Shown here one piece after another: positions 46,841 through 56,672 of a stretch of DNA of 64,000 bases. The stretch spans positions 648,826 through 712,825 of the forward strand of contig CAVPZJ010000006.1 in the NCBI GenBank assembly GCA_963710255.1, written 5' to 3'. The notes under the pieces were generated by a model. That model searched no databases. It was not told where the DNA came from and saw only the letters and a list, made by a program, of their open reading frames with translations. This stretch comes from an uncultured Chloroflexia bacterium. Lineage in GTDB: Bacteria > Chloroflexota > Anaerolineae > Anaerolineales > E44-bin32. Numbering within the stretch: position 1 is the stretch's first letter; each line of letters begins with the position of its first letter. Position numbers and translations under genes: made by a program.

Positions 46841-48115
46841 TTGCAGATTTACCTGGATAGCCTTGGCTGCCGGCTGAACCGGGGGGAGATCGAACAGCTT
46901 GCGAGCGAATTGCAAGCAGCCGGTCACAGGATTGTGGGGCAGGCATCGGAAGCTGACCTGGCCATCCTCAATACCTGCGCCGTGACACAGGCGGCAGTGA
47001 GCGACTCACGACAGCGCAGCAGGAATCTCGCAGCGCAGGGGGTGAGCAAGATCGTCTTAACGGGCTGTTGGGCATCCCTTGAACCAGAGGCGGTCGGGAC
47101 ATTGCCCGGACACCCCGAGGTCGTTCCGAATTCCGCCAAGGATGGACTTCTAGCCCGTCTGAAGTTGGACCAGGAGATCCTCCCAATTAAGGCCTCTCCA
47201 GGACAGGAGCAACAACGGCATCCCAGGAAGACGCGCGCGTTTATCAAGGTCCAGGACGGATGTGATCTTCACTGCACCTTCTGTGTAACTACCCTCGCGC
47301 GCGGCGCCAGTCAGAGCCGGCCCCTTTTAGAAATCCTCGACGCGGCACGCAAAGCTGAACTTGCTGGGCACAAGGAGATCGTTTTGTGTGGAGTTCAACT
47401 GGGTTCATGGGGGGCCGAACTCCAACCCCGCATGGCGCTCGCCGACCTGCTGCGCGCCATGCTAATGGGCACGTCGATCCCCAGGATCCGGCTCTCATCG
47501 CTTGAGCCATGGTCGGTCACACCTGAACTGCTGGAGCTCTGGGTTGATGAGCGCTTATGCCGTCACCTGCATTTACCCCTACAGTCCGGCTCGTCAAGGA
47601 TCCTGCGCCGCATGAAGCGTAGGACAGGCCTGGAAGCCTTTGAACGCATCATGCAACAGGTGCGAGCCTCGATCCCGCTAGTAGCCGTCACTACGGATAT
47701 CATCGTCGGGTTCCCGGGCGAGGGTGAGCGAGAGTTTGAGGAAAGCGTGCAGTTCATCGACCGGATGAACTTCAGCGGTGGACATGTTTTCACCTACGAT
47801 GAACGCCCCGGGACGGAGGCAGCCACATACACAGACCAGGTCCCCAATCCCATCCGGCGCGATCGTAATCGTGAGGTGCGTGCTCGGCTAAGGGCAGCGT
47901 CCCAACGCTTCCGCGCGGCACGGCTTGGCATGCAAACGAGCGTGCTATGGGAAGGAAACGCGGTTGAGCAGGAAGATGGGTGGCAGCTTGAAGGATGGTC
48001 AGAGGAATATCTTCGCGTCCGGGCCTCCTCTCCCCAGCGACGCACGAACGAGATCGACAAGGTCCTCCTTACCGCGCTGGACCAGGATGGGATGCTGGGT
48101 GCGATCCAATCCTGA
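46841..48115 (+). CDS. mtaB: MiaB-like radical SAM methylthiotransferase, MtaB type
   Basis: UPF0004 N-terminal domain (LGCRLN..LNTCAVT), CDLHCTFCV cluster, and a TRAM-like C-terminus. Confidence 0.85.
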   Translation: MQIYLDSLGCRLNRGEIEQLASELQAAGHRIVGQASEADLAILNTCAVTQAAVSDSRQRSRNLAAQGVSKIVLTGCWASLEPEAVGTLPGHPEVVPNSAKDGLLARLKLDQEILPIKASPGQEQQRHPRKTRAFIKVQDGCDLHCTFCVTTLARGASQSRPLLEILDAARKAELAGHKEIVLCGVQLGSWGAELQPRMALADLLRAMLMGTSIPRIRLSSLEPWSVTPELLELWVDERLCRHLHLPLQSGSSRILRRMKRRTGLEAFERIMQQVRASIPLVAVTTDIIVGFPGEGEREFEESVQFIDRMNFSGGHVFTYDERPGTEAATYTDQVPNPIRRDRNREVRARLRAASQRFRAARLGMQTSVLWEGNAVEQEDGWQLEGWSEEYLRVRASSPQRRTNEIDKVLLTALDQDGMLGAIQS

Positions 48116-48258
48116 TAAATGCAATTGTTTCCAGGCGGCAGCGCATCTGAGGAGCCAGGCCGAGCTAAACCTCCTACGGCCTTGCCCTCTACCCTATGTG
48201 GCTATGCGCAAGCTGGCTCATCGTTCCCCATCTCTGGCTACCTAGGTATAATGGCCCT

Positions 48259-48705
48259 ATGCTTACACGTGAGACCTTTGAGAAGGATTTGAAAGACGCC
48301 ATGCGCTCAGGCGATGCTGTGAAAAAACGTACGCTGCGCATGCTGCTGACCGCCGCCAAAATGACCGAGGTCGCCACCCAGCAGGAGCTGGGCGAGCCAG
48401 AGTTGCTCGGGCTCATCGCCAAGGAGATCAAGTCACGCCAGGAGACGATCGACGAAGCACAACAGTACCAACGCCAGGACCTCGTCGATTCCACCATGGC
48501 TGAGATCGATGTCCTGCAGGCTTACCTGCCTCCGGCACTTTCAATCGAGGAGCTGACCGAGATCATCCAGCAGACCATCGAAGAGACCGGCGCTTCCAGT
48601 CAATCAGACATGGGGAAGGTCATGAAGGAGTTAATGCCCAGGCTGCAAGGACGCGCCGATGGCAAGCTAGCCAGCGGCATCGTTCGCGAGCTGCTTTCTG
48701 CCTGA
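48259..48705 (+). CDS. yqeY: GatB/YqeY-domain protein
   Basis: MLTRETFEKDLKDAMRSGDAVKKRTLRMLLTAAK.. and ..MGKVMKELMPRLQGRADGKLAS... Confidence 0.88.
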   Translation: MLTRETFEKDLKDAMRSGDAVKKRTLRMLLTAAKMTEVATQQELGEPELLGLIAKEIKSRQETIDEAQQYQRQDLVDSTMAEIDVLQAYLPPALSIEELTEIIQQTIEETGASSQSDMGKVMKELMPRLQGRADGKLASGIVRELLSA

Positions 48706-48715
48706 GCATCACCGC

Positions 48716-50863
48716 ATGGATGATCCCAACCTCACAGGGCCAAGCCCGCTCGCCCGCCTTCGCCAGGCATATGACGCAGTTCGCCTGTGGCTGATCCTCC
48801 TCTTGGGCGTGGTCGGCACGATTGCCGCGCTCTCGCTCCCCATCAACACCCCGGGCCAGGCGTTTGGCCTCGAACTCGGCGACGTCGCCCAGCAGGACAT
48901 CCTCGCCCCGTATGACCTATCCTACGTAAGCGACATTCTCACCGAACAAGCACGCCTGGCGGCCGCCGAGGGCGTCTCCCAGGTTTACGATCCGCCGGAT
49001 AACCAGGTTGCCCGGGAACAGCTGGACCACCTGCAGGCTGCCCTCAGCTTCATCAACGCTGTCCGCAAGGACAGCTTCGCCGACCCAACCCAGAAGAGCA
49101 GCGATCTTTCTCAGCTCGTCGATCTAACACTTCTCCCGGAAGACCGGACGCAGATCCTTGAATTGCCGGACAACCAATGGGTGAACGTCGCCAGCGAATC
49201 CTTGTCCGTTCTTGAGCAAGTTATGCGGAACGAAATCCGCCCCGGCATCCTGGAGGAGACCAGGCGCTCCGTTCCCGCCCTGGTGAGCATCTCACTCCCC
49301 GAAGACCAGGCGCACCTGGTCGATGTCATCGTCCCTGATCTGGTTGTTCCAAACTCGCTGCCGAATGCGGAAGCGACCCAACTCCTGCGTGAGAACGCGC
49401 AAGCCGCAGTCGAACCCGTCACGCGGTCATACTCGCAAGGTGAGACGATCGCCAACCGGGGCGAGATTATCTCCGACCTGGAATTGGAGGCTTTGCGCGA
49501 GTTTGATCTGCTCAAGGCGCCGGACCTCTGGCAGACAGTCGCGCTCAACTCGCTTCTCGTCGTCATGCTGGCCGGCGCGTTCATCCTTTTCAGCCTCAGG
49601 ACCCAGGTCGAACTTATCACCAGGACCAACCTGGCCCTGGCCGTGAGCCTGCTTTTCATCCTGATTGCACTCGTCATGCAGCTTATGATTTCCGGTCGCA
49701 CAATCCTGCCGTATGTCTTCCCGGCTGCTACGCTCCCGATCCTCATGACGGTTTTCTTCAGCCCAGGGATGGGCGTAATGACCTCCCTGGTTACCGGGGT
49801 CATGGCGGGCTACCTGGCGCCGAACGGGCTCGAGCTGGCCCTGTATGTCATGATGAGCGGCATCCTCGCCTCCCTGATGATCGGGCGCGCCGAGCGTTTA
49901 GGTGCTTTCATCTGGGCCGGGATCGCCGCCTCGGTCGGAGCTGCCCTGGTCATTATCCTCTTCCGCATCCCCGATCCAGCCACCGACATCATCGGCAAGG
50001 CCTCGCTGTTGGGAGCCTCCATCGCCAGCGGCTTGTTGGCAACGAGCCTCGGATTCGGACTCTTGCTGGTCATAGGAAACCTGATCGGGCTGACGACAAA
50101 CTTGCAGTTGATCGAGCTATCCCGGCCGGACCACCCGCTGCTGCAGCAAATTCTCGTCAACTCGCCCGGGACCTACCAGCACAGCCTGCAAGTCGCCAAT
50201 CTTGCCGAACAAGCTGCACGCGCAATCGGCGCGAACCCGCTCCTCACCCGGGTTGGCGCGCTTTATCATGATGCCGGGAAATCCCTGCGGCCGCAGTTCT
50301 TCATTGAAAACCAGGTAAGCGGACACAACATCCACGAGCAGCTGGATCCCAAGACAAGCGCCGACATCATCCTCGCGCATGTGCGCGAGGGGCAGGACCT
50401 GGCACGGAAATACCGTATCCCGCAGAGCATCCGTGCGTTCATCAGCGAGCACCATGGCACGCTTGAAGCGTCCTACCAATTCCACGAAGCGGTCAAAGCA
50501 GCCGGGGGTGACGAGGCCAGTATAGACCGGCGTGATTTTGCCTACCCGGGTCCCCGCCCCAGGTCGCGCGAGACCGCATTGCTTATGCTGGCCGATGGCG
50601 TTGAAGCTGCTGCCCGCGGCGAAACGCCACAATCCGAGGAAGAAATCGACAAACTCGTCCGCTGGGTCATCGAAGACCGCAGGTCGAAGGGTCAGCTCGA
50701 TCGGACGGAGCTTACCTTTAAAGACCTGGATACCATCCGGCGTTCCTTCGTCGCAACCCTGAAGAACATTTATCATCCACGTATCCGTTACCCCCAGAAT
50801 GACAAGCCGGCCGGCGATGAGGGGCTTGAACCCACCCAGCCCTCCCAAGCACCCTCCGCATGA
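48716..50863 (+). CDS. pgpH: 7TM-HD membrane phosphohydrolase (PgpH/YqfF family; c-di-AMP phosphodiesterase candidate)
   Basis: N-terminal extracellular domain, seven TM segments, and an HD domain (HSLQVANLAE..LYHDAGK..EHHG). Confidence 0.88.
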   Translation: MDDPNLTGPSPLARLRQAYDAVRLWLILLLGVVGTIAALSLPINTPGQAFGLELGDVAQQDILAPYDLSYVSDILTEQARLAAAEGVSQVYDPPDNQVAREQLDHLQAALSFINAVRKDSFADPTQKSSDLSQLVDLTLLPEDRTQILELPDNQWVNVASESLSVLEQVMRNEIRPGILEETRRSVPALVSISLPEDQAHLVDVIVPDLVVPNSLPNAEATQLLRENAQAAVEPVTRSYSQGETIANRGEIISDLELEALREFDLLKAPDLWQTVALNSLLVVMLAGAFILFSLRTQVELITRTNLALAVSLLFILIALVMQLMISGRTILPYVFPAATLPILMTVFFSPGMGVMTSLVTGVMAGYLAPNGLELALYVMMSGILASLMIGRAERLGAFIWAGIAASVGAALVIILFRIPDPATDIIGKASLLGASIASGLLATSLGFGLLLVIGNLIGLTTNLQLIELSRPDHPLLQQILVNSPGTYQHSLQVANLAEQAARAIGANPLLTRVGALYHDAGKSLRPQFFIENQVSGHNIHEQLDPKTSADIILAHVREGQDLARKYRIPQSIRAFISEHHGTLEASYQFHEAVKAAGGDEASIDRRDFAYPGPRPRSRETALLMLADGVEAAARGETPQSEEEIDKLVRWVIEDRRSKGQLDRTELTFKDLDTIRRSFVATLKNIYHPRIRYPQNDKPAGDEGLEPTQPSQAPSA

Positions 50864-51321
50864 TCTACGAGATTAACGTCCAGTTCGACCCCCAATACAC
50901 TGGTTTGGCAGAGGCTGCCCGGCTTGCGGCCGAGACCGTCCTGAGCCATGAACAAGCCCCGCCTGGAGCTGTGAGCGTCGTCCTGGCCAGTGATGAGGCT
51001 CTACAGAGGGCGAATCGCCAGTTTGCCGGGATCGACGAACCCACGGACGTCCTCTCCTTCTCAGACGGAGAGGCCATGCCAGATGCGGAAGGTGTCTACT
51101 TTGGGGATGTCCTGATCGCGGTCCCGACCGCTGCCCGCCAGGCTGAGCGCGGCGGTCACACCCTGGAGGACGAGATAAGCCTGCTCACCGTCCATGGCAT
51201 GCTCCACCTGCTGGGGCAGGATCACGCTGAACCAGCCGAAAAGGCAGCCATGTGGTCCCGCCAGAGAGCCCTTCTGGAGCTCCTGGAGATCGATGGGATC
51301 GTGATGGATACAACCCCATGA
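50860..51321 (+). CDS. ybeY: rRNA maturation endoribonuclease YbeY
   Basis: HGMLHLLGQDH zinc motif. Confidence 0.93.
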   Translation: MIYEINVQFDPQYTGLAEAARLAAETVLSHEQAPPGAVSVVLASDEALQRANRQFAGIDEPTDVLSFSDGEAMPDAEGVYFGDVLIAVPTAARQAERGGHTLEDEISLLTVHGMLHLLGQDHAEPAEKAAMWSRQRALLELLEIDGIVMDTTP

Positions 51322-51701
51322 TCCCGAACCGCCGTGCGCGTTCGCGTTTGCACTCATTCCAGCATGCATTCGCGGGCTGGTGGTACGTCATCCGGACCCA
51401 GCGTAACGCCTGGATCCATATGCTTGCGACCCTGCTTGTGCTTGGGGTTGCCTTCTGGTGCCGGGTCGGAGCCGGCGAGCTTGCTGTGCTCCTGTTGTCG
51501 ATTGGCCTGGTGTGGACGGCCGAGTTTGTGAACACGGCGCTTGAAGCGGTCGTCGACCTGGCCAGCCCAGAGGCCCATCCATTGGCGAAGGTGGGGAAGG
51601 ATGTTGGCGCAGCCGCGGTCCTCATCGCCGCGCTGCTGTCGGTCATCATCGGTCTGCTCATCCTGGGCCCGCGGCTTGTCGAGCGCCTGGGCATCCTATA
51701 G
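51318..51701 (+). CDS. dgkA: diacylglycerol / undecaprenol kinase (DgkA family)
   Basis: SFQHAFAGWWYVIRTQRN and EFVNTALEAVVD. There is an ATGA overlap with ybeY. Confidence 0.88.
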   Translation: MIPNRRARSRLHSFQHAFAGWWYVIRTQRNAWIHMLATLLVLGVAFWCRVGAGELAVLLLSIGLVWTAEFVNTALEAVVDLASPEAHPLAKVGKDVGAAAVLIAALLSVIIGLLILGPRLVERLGIL

Positions 51702-51753
51702 GGCTTTGGACTTTGGCCGAACCGCGATGATCGGGTATGGGCCAAACGCTGGA

Positions 51754-51782
51754 TTGCAGGTCGATTCGTTCTATGACATAAT
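51754..51782 (+). promoter_or_regulatory. candidate promoter of the histidine kinase gene
   Basis: TTGCAG (51754-51759), a 17-nt spacer, then CATAAT (51777-51782). Confidence 0.35.
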
Positions 51783-51827
51783 TCCATGATCTCTGGTAGG
51801 AAATCGCCCGTCGTTGGAGAATAGTGA

Positions 51828-54389
51828 ATGGTCGTGCAGGATTTGCGCGGAAGCCAGTACCAGGCGGCAACAACCTCGTTCGATATCCATAACCCGATGC
51901 AGGCGCTCGCCAGCCTGCTCCAGCTTACGTGCGAACTGCTCGAGACCGACCGGGCTGCCCTGTACGAGATCAACGAGGAACAAGCCACCTTCGTGCCTCG
52001 CTTTGCCCAGGGCGTCACCGTTGGCGACCTCGGCAACATCTCCACCAATGCTGACCACCCGGTCCTGAGGGAAGCGCTCCGCATCCAACGCGCCGCCAGC
52101 ACAGATGGCGATTCGGGAGCGCTTGGCCTGCCGCTCGGGCCAGGCACCGTTGCCTGCGCCCCGTGCATTTCCGGCGGAAACATCATCGGCCTGATTTTTA
52201 TCGCAAGCGACAAGGGGCTTGAATTCCAGGACCTGGCCCTGGCCACGCTGGAAATCCTGGCCGCACGCGCAGCAGAGATATTTGCCCTGGCCAAGCAGTC
52301 AGCCAGCCAGAGCTACCTCTTCCACAAGCTCTCTCTCCTCTACCAGGCCAGCCACGCGATCACCGGAACGCGCGACCGGCCTGAAGCCATCAAGCAAACA
52401 GCAGCCCACTTGCTCAAGGCCACCTCGGCGGACATGTGCGAGGTGTTAACTTTCGATGATGGCAAGGGTGAGACCTCGCGCTTCAGGCAGCAGCTGGGGA
52501 AGAGCATGCAGCAGCATGTGGTCGAGTTATTTGCCGACAACATGCCGGATTATCCCGTTCACCAGAAGGTCCTTAAAGAACTGAAGCCGCAGATTATCAG
52601 CCTGGCCCCGCCGCGCGGCGAGGCCAAGGATATCGCCATGCTCGAGGCGGAGGGGGTTTCTACCGCCGTCATCCTGCCGCTCTCGATCCGGAATGAAGCG
52701 CTTGGGCTCGTGCGCTTGATGTACACCCAGCCTGGCCGCAAGGTTAATGACCAGGAGCTTGAACTCGCCCAAGCCATCATCAACATCGGTGCGGTCGGGG
52801 TGCAGGATGCGCTTCACTTCGAAACGGCCGAGGCGCGCGCCAGCCAACTACAAACGCTGGGTGAAATCGGACGCGAGATGACCTCCACCCTCGACCTGGA
52901 ATCAGCGCTCCAGAAGGCGATGGAGCACACCCAGAATCTGCTCAAGGCGGAGGCCGTCGTTCTGTTCCTGCTGAACGAAGGTGGAGAAAAACTAATCCTC
53001 AAGGCGAGTGGTGGCGCCCGGCTCAGGATCAGGGATGTCGCCATCCGGCTGGAAGAGGGCATCGCTGGCTGGGTCACGCGCAACAACAGCCCGCTGATCG
53101 TGAACGATGTTCGCAGCAACCCGCTTTACCACAGCGCGATCGACGGGCAAACCGGCCTGCTGACTTCGTCCGTGTTGTGTGTGCCGCTTGATCGACGCGG
53201 TGAAGTCACGGGCGTGATCGAGGCGATCAATCACCCGCGCGGCATCTTCACCGAAGCAGATCAACAGCTGCTCTCCTCCGTCGCCTCCTGGGCGGCGGTC
53301 GCCCTCGACAACGCCAGTTTGTTCCGCTCTGTGACGGATGAACGCTCCAGGCTCGAGGCGACGCTGGTGGAAACGGCCGATGCGGTCGTACTGACCGATA
53401 ACAATGGCCACATCATCCTCGTGAACCAGGCTGCCGGGCAGGCCTTCCGCATCAACCCCGACCTGGCCGTTGGCCGACCCGCGATCGAGATTTTCACCGG
53501 GCACCCGCTCGGCGCCTTACTCATGGACGACGATGCGACCTTCCCGACCAGCCTGGAGGTCACCACACCTACCGAGCGTGTCCTGTACGCGACGGTGAGT
53601 GATATCAGCGAAGTTGGCCGGGTGGCCGTCATGCAGGATATTACGGCCTTGAAACAAATCGACCGCATGCGTTCCCAGCTGCTTGGCACGGCCGCGCATG
53701 ACTTGAAGAACCCGCTCAATGCGATCCGGCTTGGCGCGGACCTGCTCAACGACGCCCCCCTCAGCGACCAGCAGCGCAAAGCGCTGAACATGATGCAGCG
53801 AGCGACCGACAGCATGACGAACCTGATTACCGGGCTGCTGGAAACGATTCGCGTCGAATCGACTGCCAACCTGAGCTACGAGCCTTTCCAGGTTACCGAT
53901 TTGGTCAGGCGAGCCATCGAAGACCTGCGTCCGCTCTCGGATGACCGCAACCAGGCCATTAAGTTTGAAGCGCCGGAAGAGACGCTGCTCATCATTGGCG
54001 ATCCGAGCCGCCTCAACTCGGTCATGACCAACCTGCTGAGCAACGCGATCAAGTTCTCAGGGGATGGGGCCGAGATCGAGGTCAAGGTGCGCTGGGACGA
54101 GGAAGAAATCATCGTCAGCGTCGTCGACGATGGACCTGGCATCCCGGAGGACGAGATCCCGCGTGTCTTTGATCACCTGTTCCGCGGTCGGATAACGGTT
54201 CAAGATCCCAACAACCCGATTGAGGGTACCGGGCTTGGGCTGGCACTAGCGAAGACTGTCGTCGAACAGCATGGCGGGCGTATCTGGGTCGTCAGCAAGG
54301 AAGACAAGGGCAGCACGTTCAGCTTCTCCATCCCTCGCGAGCAAACCCCCAAGACAGGTTCTCTCCGGGCAGACAAGGAAGAACGGTAG
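51828..54389 (+). CDS. cytoplasmic sensor histidine kinase (multiple GAF domains, PAS, HisKA, HATPase_c)
   Basis: H-box AAHDLKNPLNAI, N-box LLSNAIKFS and G-box GTGLGLALAK. No TM segments, and no response regulator nearby. Confidence 0.88.
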   Translation: MVVQDLRGSQYQAATTSFDIHNPMQALASLLQLTCELLETDRAALYEINEEQATFVPRFAQGVTVGDLGNISTNADHPVLREALRIQRAASTDGDSGALGLPLGPGTVACAPCISGGNIIGLIFIASDKGLEFQDLALATLEILAARAAEIFALAKQSASQSYLFHKLSLLYQASHAITGTRDRPEAIKQTAAHLLKATSADMCEVLTFDDGKGETSRFRQQLGKSMQQHVVELFADNMPDYPVHQKVLKELKPQIISLAPPRGEAKDIAMLEAEGVSTAVILPLSIRNEALGLVRLMYTQPGRKVNDQELELAQAIINIGAVGVQDALHFETAEARASQLQTLGEIGREMTSTLDLESALQKAMEHTQNLLKAEAVVLFLLNEGGEKLILKASGGARLRIRDVAIRLEEGIAGWVTRNNSPLIVNDVRSNPLYHSAIDGQTGLLTSSVLCVPLDRRGEVTGVIEAINHPRGIFTEADQQLLSSVASWAAVALDNASLFRSVTDERSRLEATLVETADAVVLTDNNGHIILVNQAAGQAFRINPDLAVGRPAIEIFTGHPLGALLMDDDATFPTSLEVTTPTERVLYATVSDISEVGRVAVMQDITALKQIDRMRSQLLGTAAHDLKNPLNAIRLGADLLNDAPLSDQQRKALNMMQRATDSMTNLITGLLETIRVESTANLSYEPFQVTDLVRRAIEDLRPLSDDRNQAIKFEAPEETLLIIGDPSRLNSVMTNLLSNAIKFSGDGAEIEVKVRWDEEEIIVSVVDDGPGIPEDEIPRVFDHLFRGRITVQDPNNPIEGTGLGLALAKTVVEQHGGRIWVVSKEDKGSTFSFSIPREQTPKTGSLRADKEER

Positions 54390-54449
54390 AGTCCCTTCGG
54401 GTACACCCATACCATTGGCTTCACACGTGATGAACAGGAGAATACAACC

Positions 54450-55295
54450 TTGACAGCATCGCAGTTTCGATTCGGAACCGTGGGCTCACCCGCTTCAACC
54501 CCGAAGAAGCCAGGTGGCTCCGTCGGGACCATTCAGCACCTTGCGCAACAGGGACTGCTCGCCTTTGAGATCGGATGGGTGCGGTCGGTGCGCGTATCGG
54601 AGAAAACCTGCCAGGCGATTCGCGAAGCCGGGCATGAATTCAATGTAGCCATCAGCGTTCATGCACCGTACTACATCAACCTGAACGCAGACGCGGACGA
54701 GTGGCCGAAGAGCCGCAAGCGGTTGATGGACGCTGCGCATTACGGGCACCTGGCGGGAGCGACCGACATCGTCTTCCACCCGGGTTCCTACTTCGAAAAA
54801 CCCGCAGAACAGGTGCTCGAGCTCGTGCTTCCCCGCCTCAAGGGCTGTGTTGATGAACTCCAAGGGGAGGGAAATACAGCCATCCTGCGGCCAGAAACGA
54901 TGGGCAAAGGGGCTATGCTCGGTTCGCTCGAAGACACGCTGGTCATGGCCCGCGAGCTAGATCAAGTTGAGCCTTGTCTCGATTTTGCACATCTCCATGC
55001 CCGGACAGGGGATGGAAGCCTCAATTCGCATGCCGAATGGAGGCAGGTGCTCCAGGCTTACCAGGACGCGCTTGGATCGCAAGCCTTGAAGCGCCTGCAC
55101 TGCCACCTCTCCGGGATCGAGTACTCCGAGAAAGGCGAACAAAACCACCTCATGCTCGCCGATTCTGATTTCGATCTCACCGGCTTGATGAACGCACTGG
55201 CGGAGTTCAGCTGCCAGGGCCGCATCCTTTGTGAGAGCCCCGAGATGGACGTGGATGCCCTGGTCATTAAATCGGCCTGGGAGAATGCCGCCTAG
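54450..55295 (+). CDS. xylose-isomerase-like TIM-barrel protein, endonuclease IV (Nfo)-like
   Basis: ..VHAPYYINLNAD.., ..IVFHPGSY.., ..LRPETMGK.., ..LDFAHLHA... TTG start. Confidence 0.6.
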   Translation: MTASQFRFGTVGSPASTPKKPGGSVGTIQHLAQQGLLAFEIGWVRSVRVSEKTCQAIREAGHEFNVAISVHAPYYINLNADADEWPKSRKRLMDAAHYGHLAGATDIVFHPGSYFEKPAEQVLELVLPRLKGCVDELQGEGNTAILRPETMGKGAMLGSLEDTLVMARELDQVEPCLDFAHLHARTGDGSLNSHAEWRQVLQAYQDALGSQALKRLHCHLSGIEYSEKGEQNHLMLADSDFDLTGLMNALAEFSCQGRILCESPEMDVDALVIKSAWENAA

Positions 55296-55376
55296 GGCTG
55301 AAATCTTTCTTCCGACTCCATCGCAGCCTGCAAATTGTGACTAACCTGTTTTCAGGACGATCAGCAATCTGGAGCT

Positions 55377-56672
55377 TCAGCGGCGTTTGCGTGTACGGGG
55401 ATCGATCGCGTCTCGCAACCCATCACCCAGGAAATTGAAGGCCACCGTCAGGATGGTCAAGGCCAGGCTGGGAAGCAAGACGAGATACGGGCTGGTCCTC
55501 AACCCCGGATACCCTTCTCGAATCATGACCCCCCAACTCGGAAGCTCAACACCCACCACACCTCCCCGCGTCGTTGAATGGACGCCCAGGCCGATAAAGC
55601 TCAAGGTTGCCTCAAGGAAGATGTACCCGGGGATGGCGATGGTCTCGAGGACGATAAGCGGGCCAATAATGTTCGGGAGCAGGTGTTTGAGGATGATTCT
55701 CACCTCGCTCGCTCCGAGCGACCGGGCGGCCAGGATGTAGTCCTGCGTCTTCTGGCCGTGGACCATTGCGCGTGCGAGGCGGGCCATTCCAACCCAGTTC
55801 ACAGCGCCGATGGCGACGAACAGGAAAAGCAAGCCCCCCATGTTGCGGTTCAAGGTGTCGAGCGCTCCCAATAATCCTTCCTGGTTGCGCCAGAAGAGGC
55901 GGAAAAAGGATTGGATGCCCAGGACGATGAGGAACACCGGCAGGGAGTAGAGGAAGTCGACGAAGCGCATCATGATTTCGTCTACCTGGCCTCCCGCATA
56001 ACCTGAGATCGTACCGAAGGTGATCCCGATAGACAGGCTGACCAGGGAGGCTACGAGCGCAACGGCGAGCGAGGTGCGGGTTGCGTAGATGATACGGCTG
56101 TAAAAATCGCGGCCGGTCCGATCCGTGCCAGCTAAAAAGATGCCGCACCCCCACTCTTCCAGGAATGTCCCGTTCCAATGACACGCTGCAAGTCTCTCAG
56201 GCGAAGGTTCAAAACGCGTCAATGGGTCTTCACGGATATGTTCAAATCCACCTAGATTGGGATCATAGGGCGTCAGGATGGGCGCAGCGATGGCGACGAG
56301 AAGAAAGACCAGGACCATGACCATGCCAAAGACAGCCGCTTTATGTCGGCGGAAAGCGCGCCATGCCTCGTGCCATTTGCCGACCCGTTTCACGGGCAGG
56401 AGGTCCAATTCGGCCTGCACACGCCGCTGCGGGGTCGCAGGGGGTTGCTCCGTCGGAGCAGGACGTACATCCTGCCGCGCGCGAAGGGCGGGGTTTGCTT
56501 TCAGCAAGCTTGGCTTCAAACCATCGGACCGCTTCCTGGGCTCGCGGACTATCCGGGTTGATGGATAAGGCCCTCTGGGCAAAGGCAATCCCGACGTGCG
56601 GATCAGCCAGACCGGCAAGGACCAACCAGCCTTCCTCGCAGCGCGGATCAAGGCTAACAGCCCGGCGCGCAT
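55377..56672 (-). CDS. ABC transporter permease, OppC/DppC type; start uncertain
   Basis: The typical core starts at ..WHEAWRAFRRHKAAVFGMVMVL... It has six TM segments and ..ARSLGASEVRIILKHLLPN... The first 90 or so residues of the track ORF overlap another ORF (56341-56760). Confidence 0.82.
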   Translation of the reverse strand: MRAGLLALIRAARKAGWSLPVWLIRTSGLPLPRGPYPSTRIVREPRKRSDGLKPSLLKANPALRARQDVRPAPTEQPPATPQRRVQAELDLLPVKRVGKWHEAWRAFRRHKAAVFGMVMVLVFLLVAIAAPILTPYDPNLGGFEHIREDPLTRFEPSPERLAACHWNGTFLEEWGCGIFLAGTDRTGRDFYSRIIYATRTSLAVALVASLVSLSIGITFGTISGYAGGQVDEIMMRFVDFLYSLPVFLIVLGIQSFFRLFWRNQEGLLGALDTLNRNMGGLLFLFVAIGAVNWVGMARLARAMVHGQKTQDYILAARSLGASEVRIILKHLLPNIIGPLIVLETIAIPGYIFLEATLSFIGLGVHSTTRGGVVGVELPSWGVMIREGYPGLRTSPYLVLLPSLALTILTVAFNFLGDGLRDAIDPRTRKRR

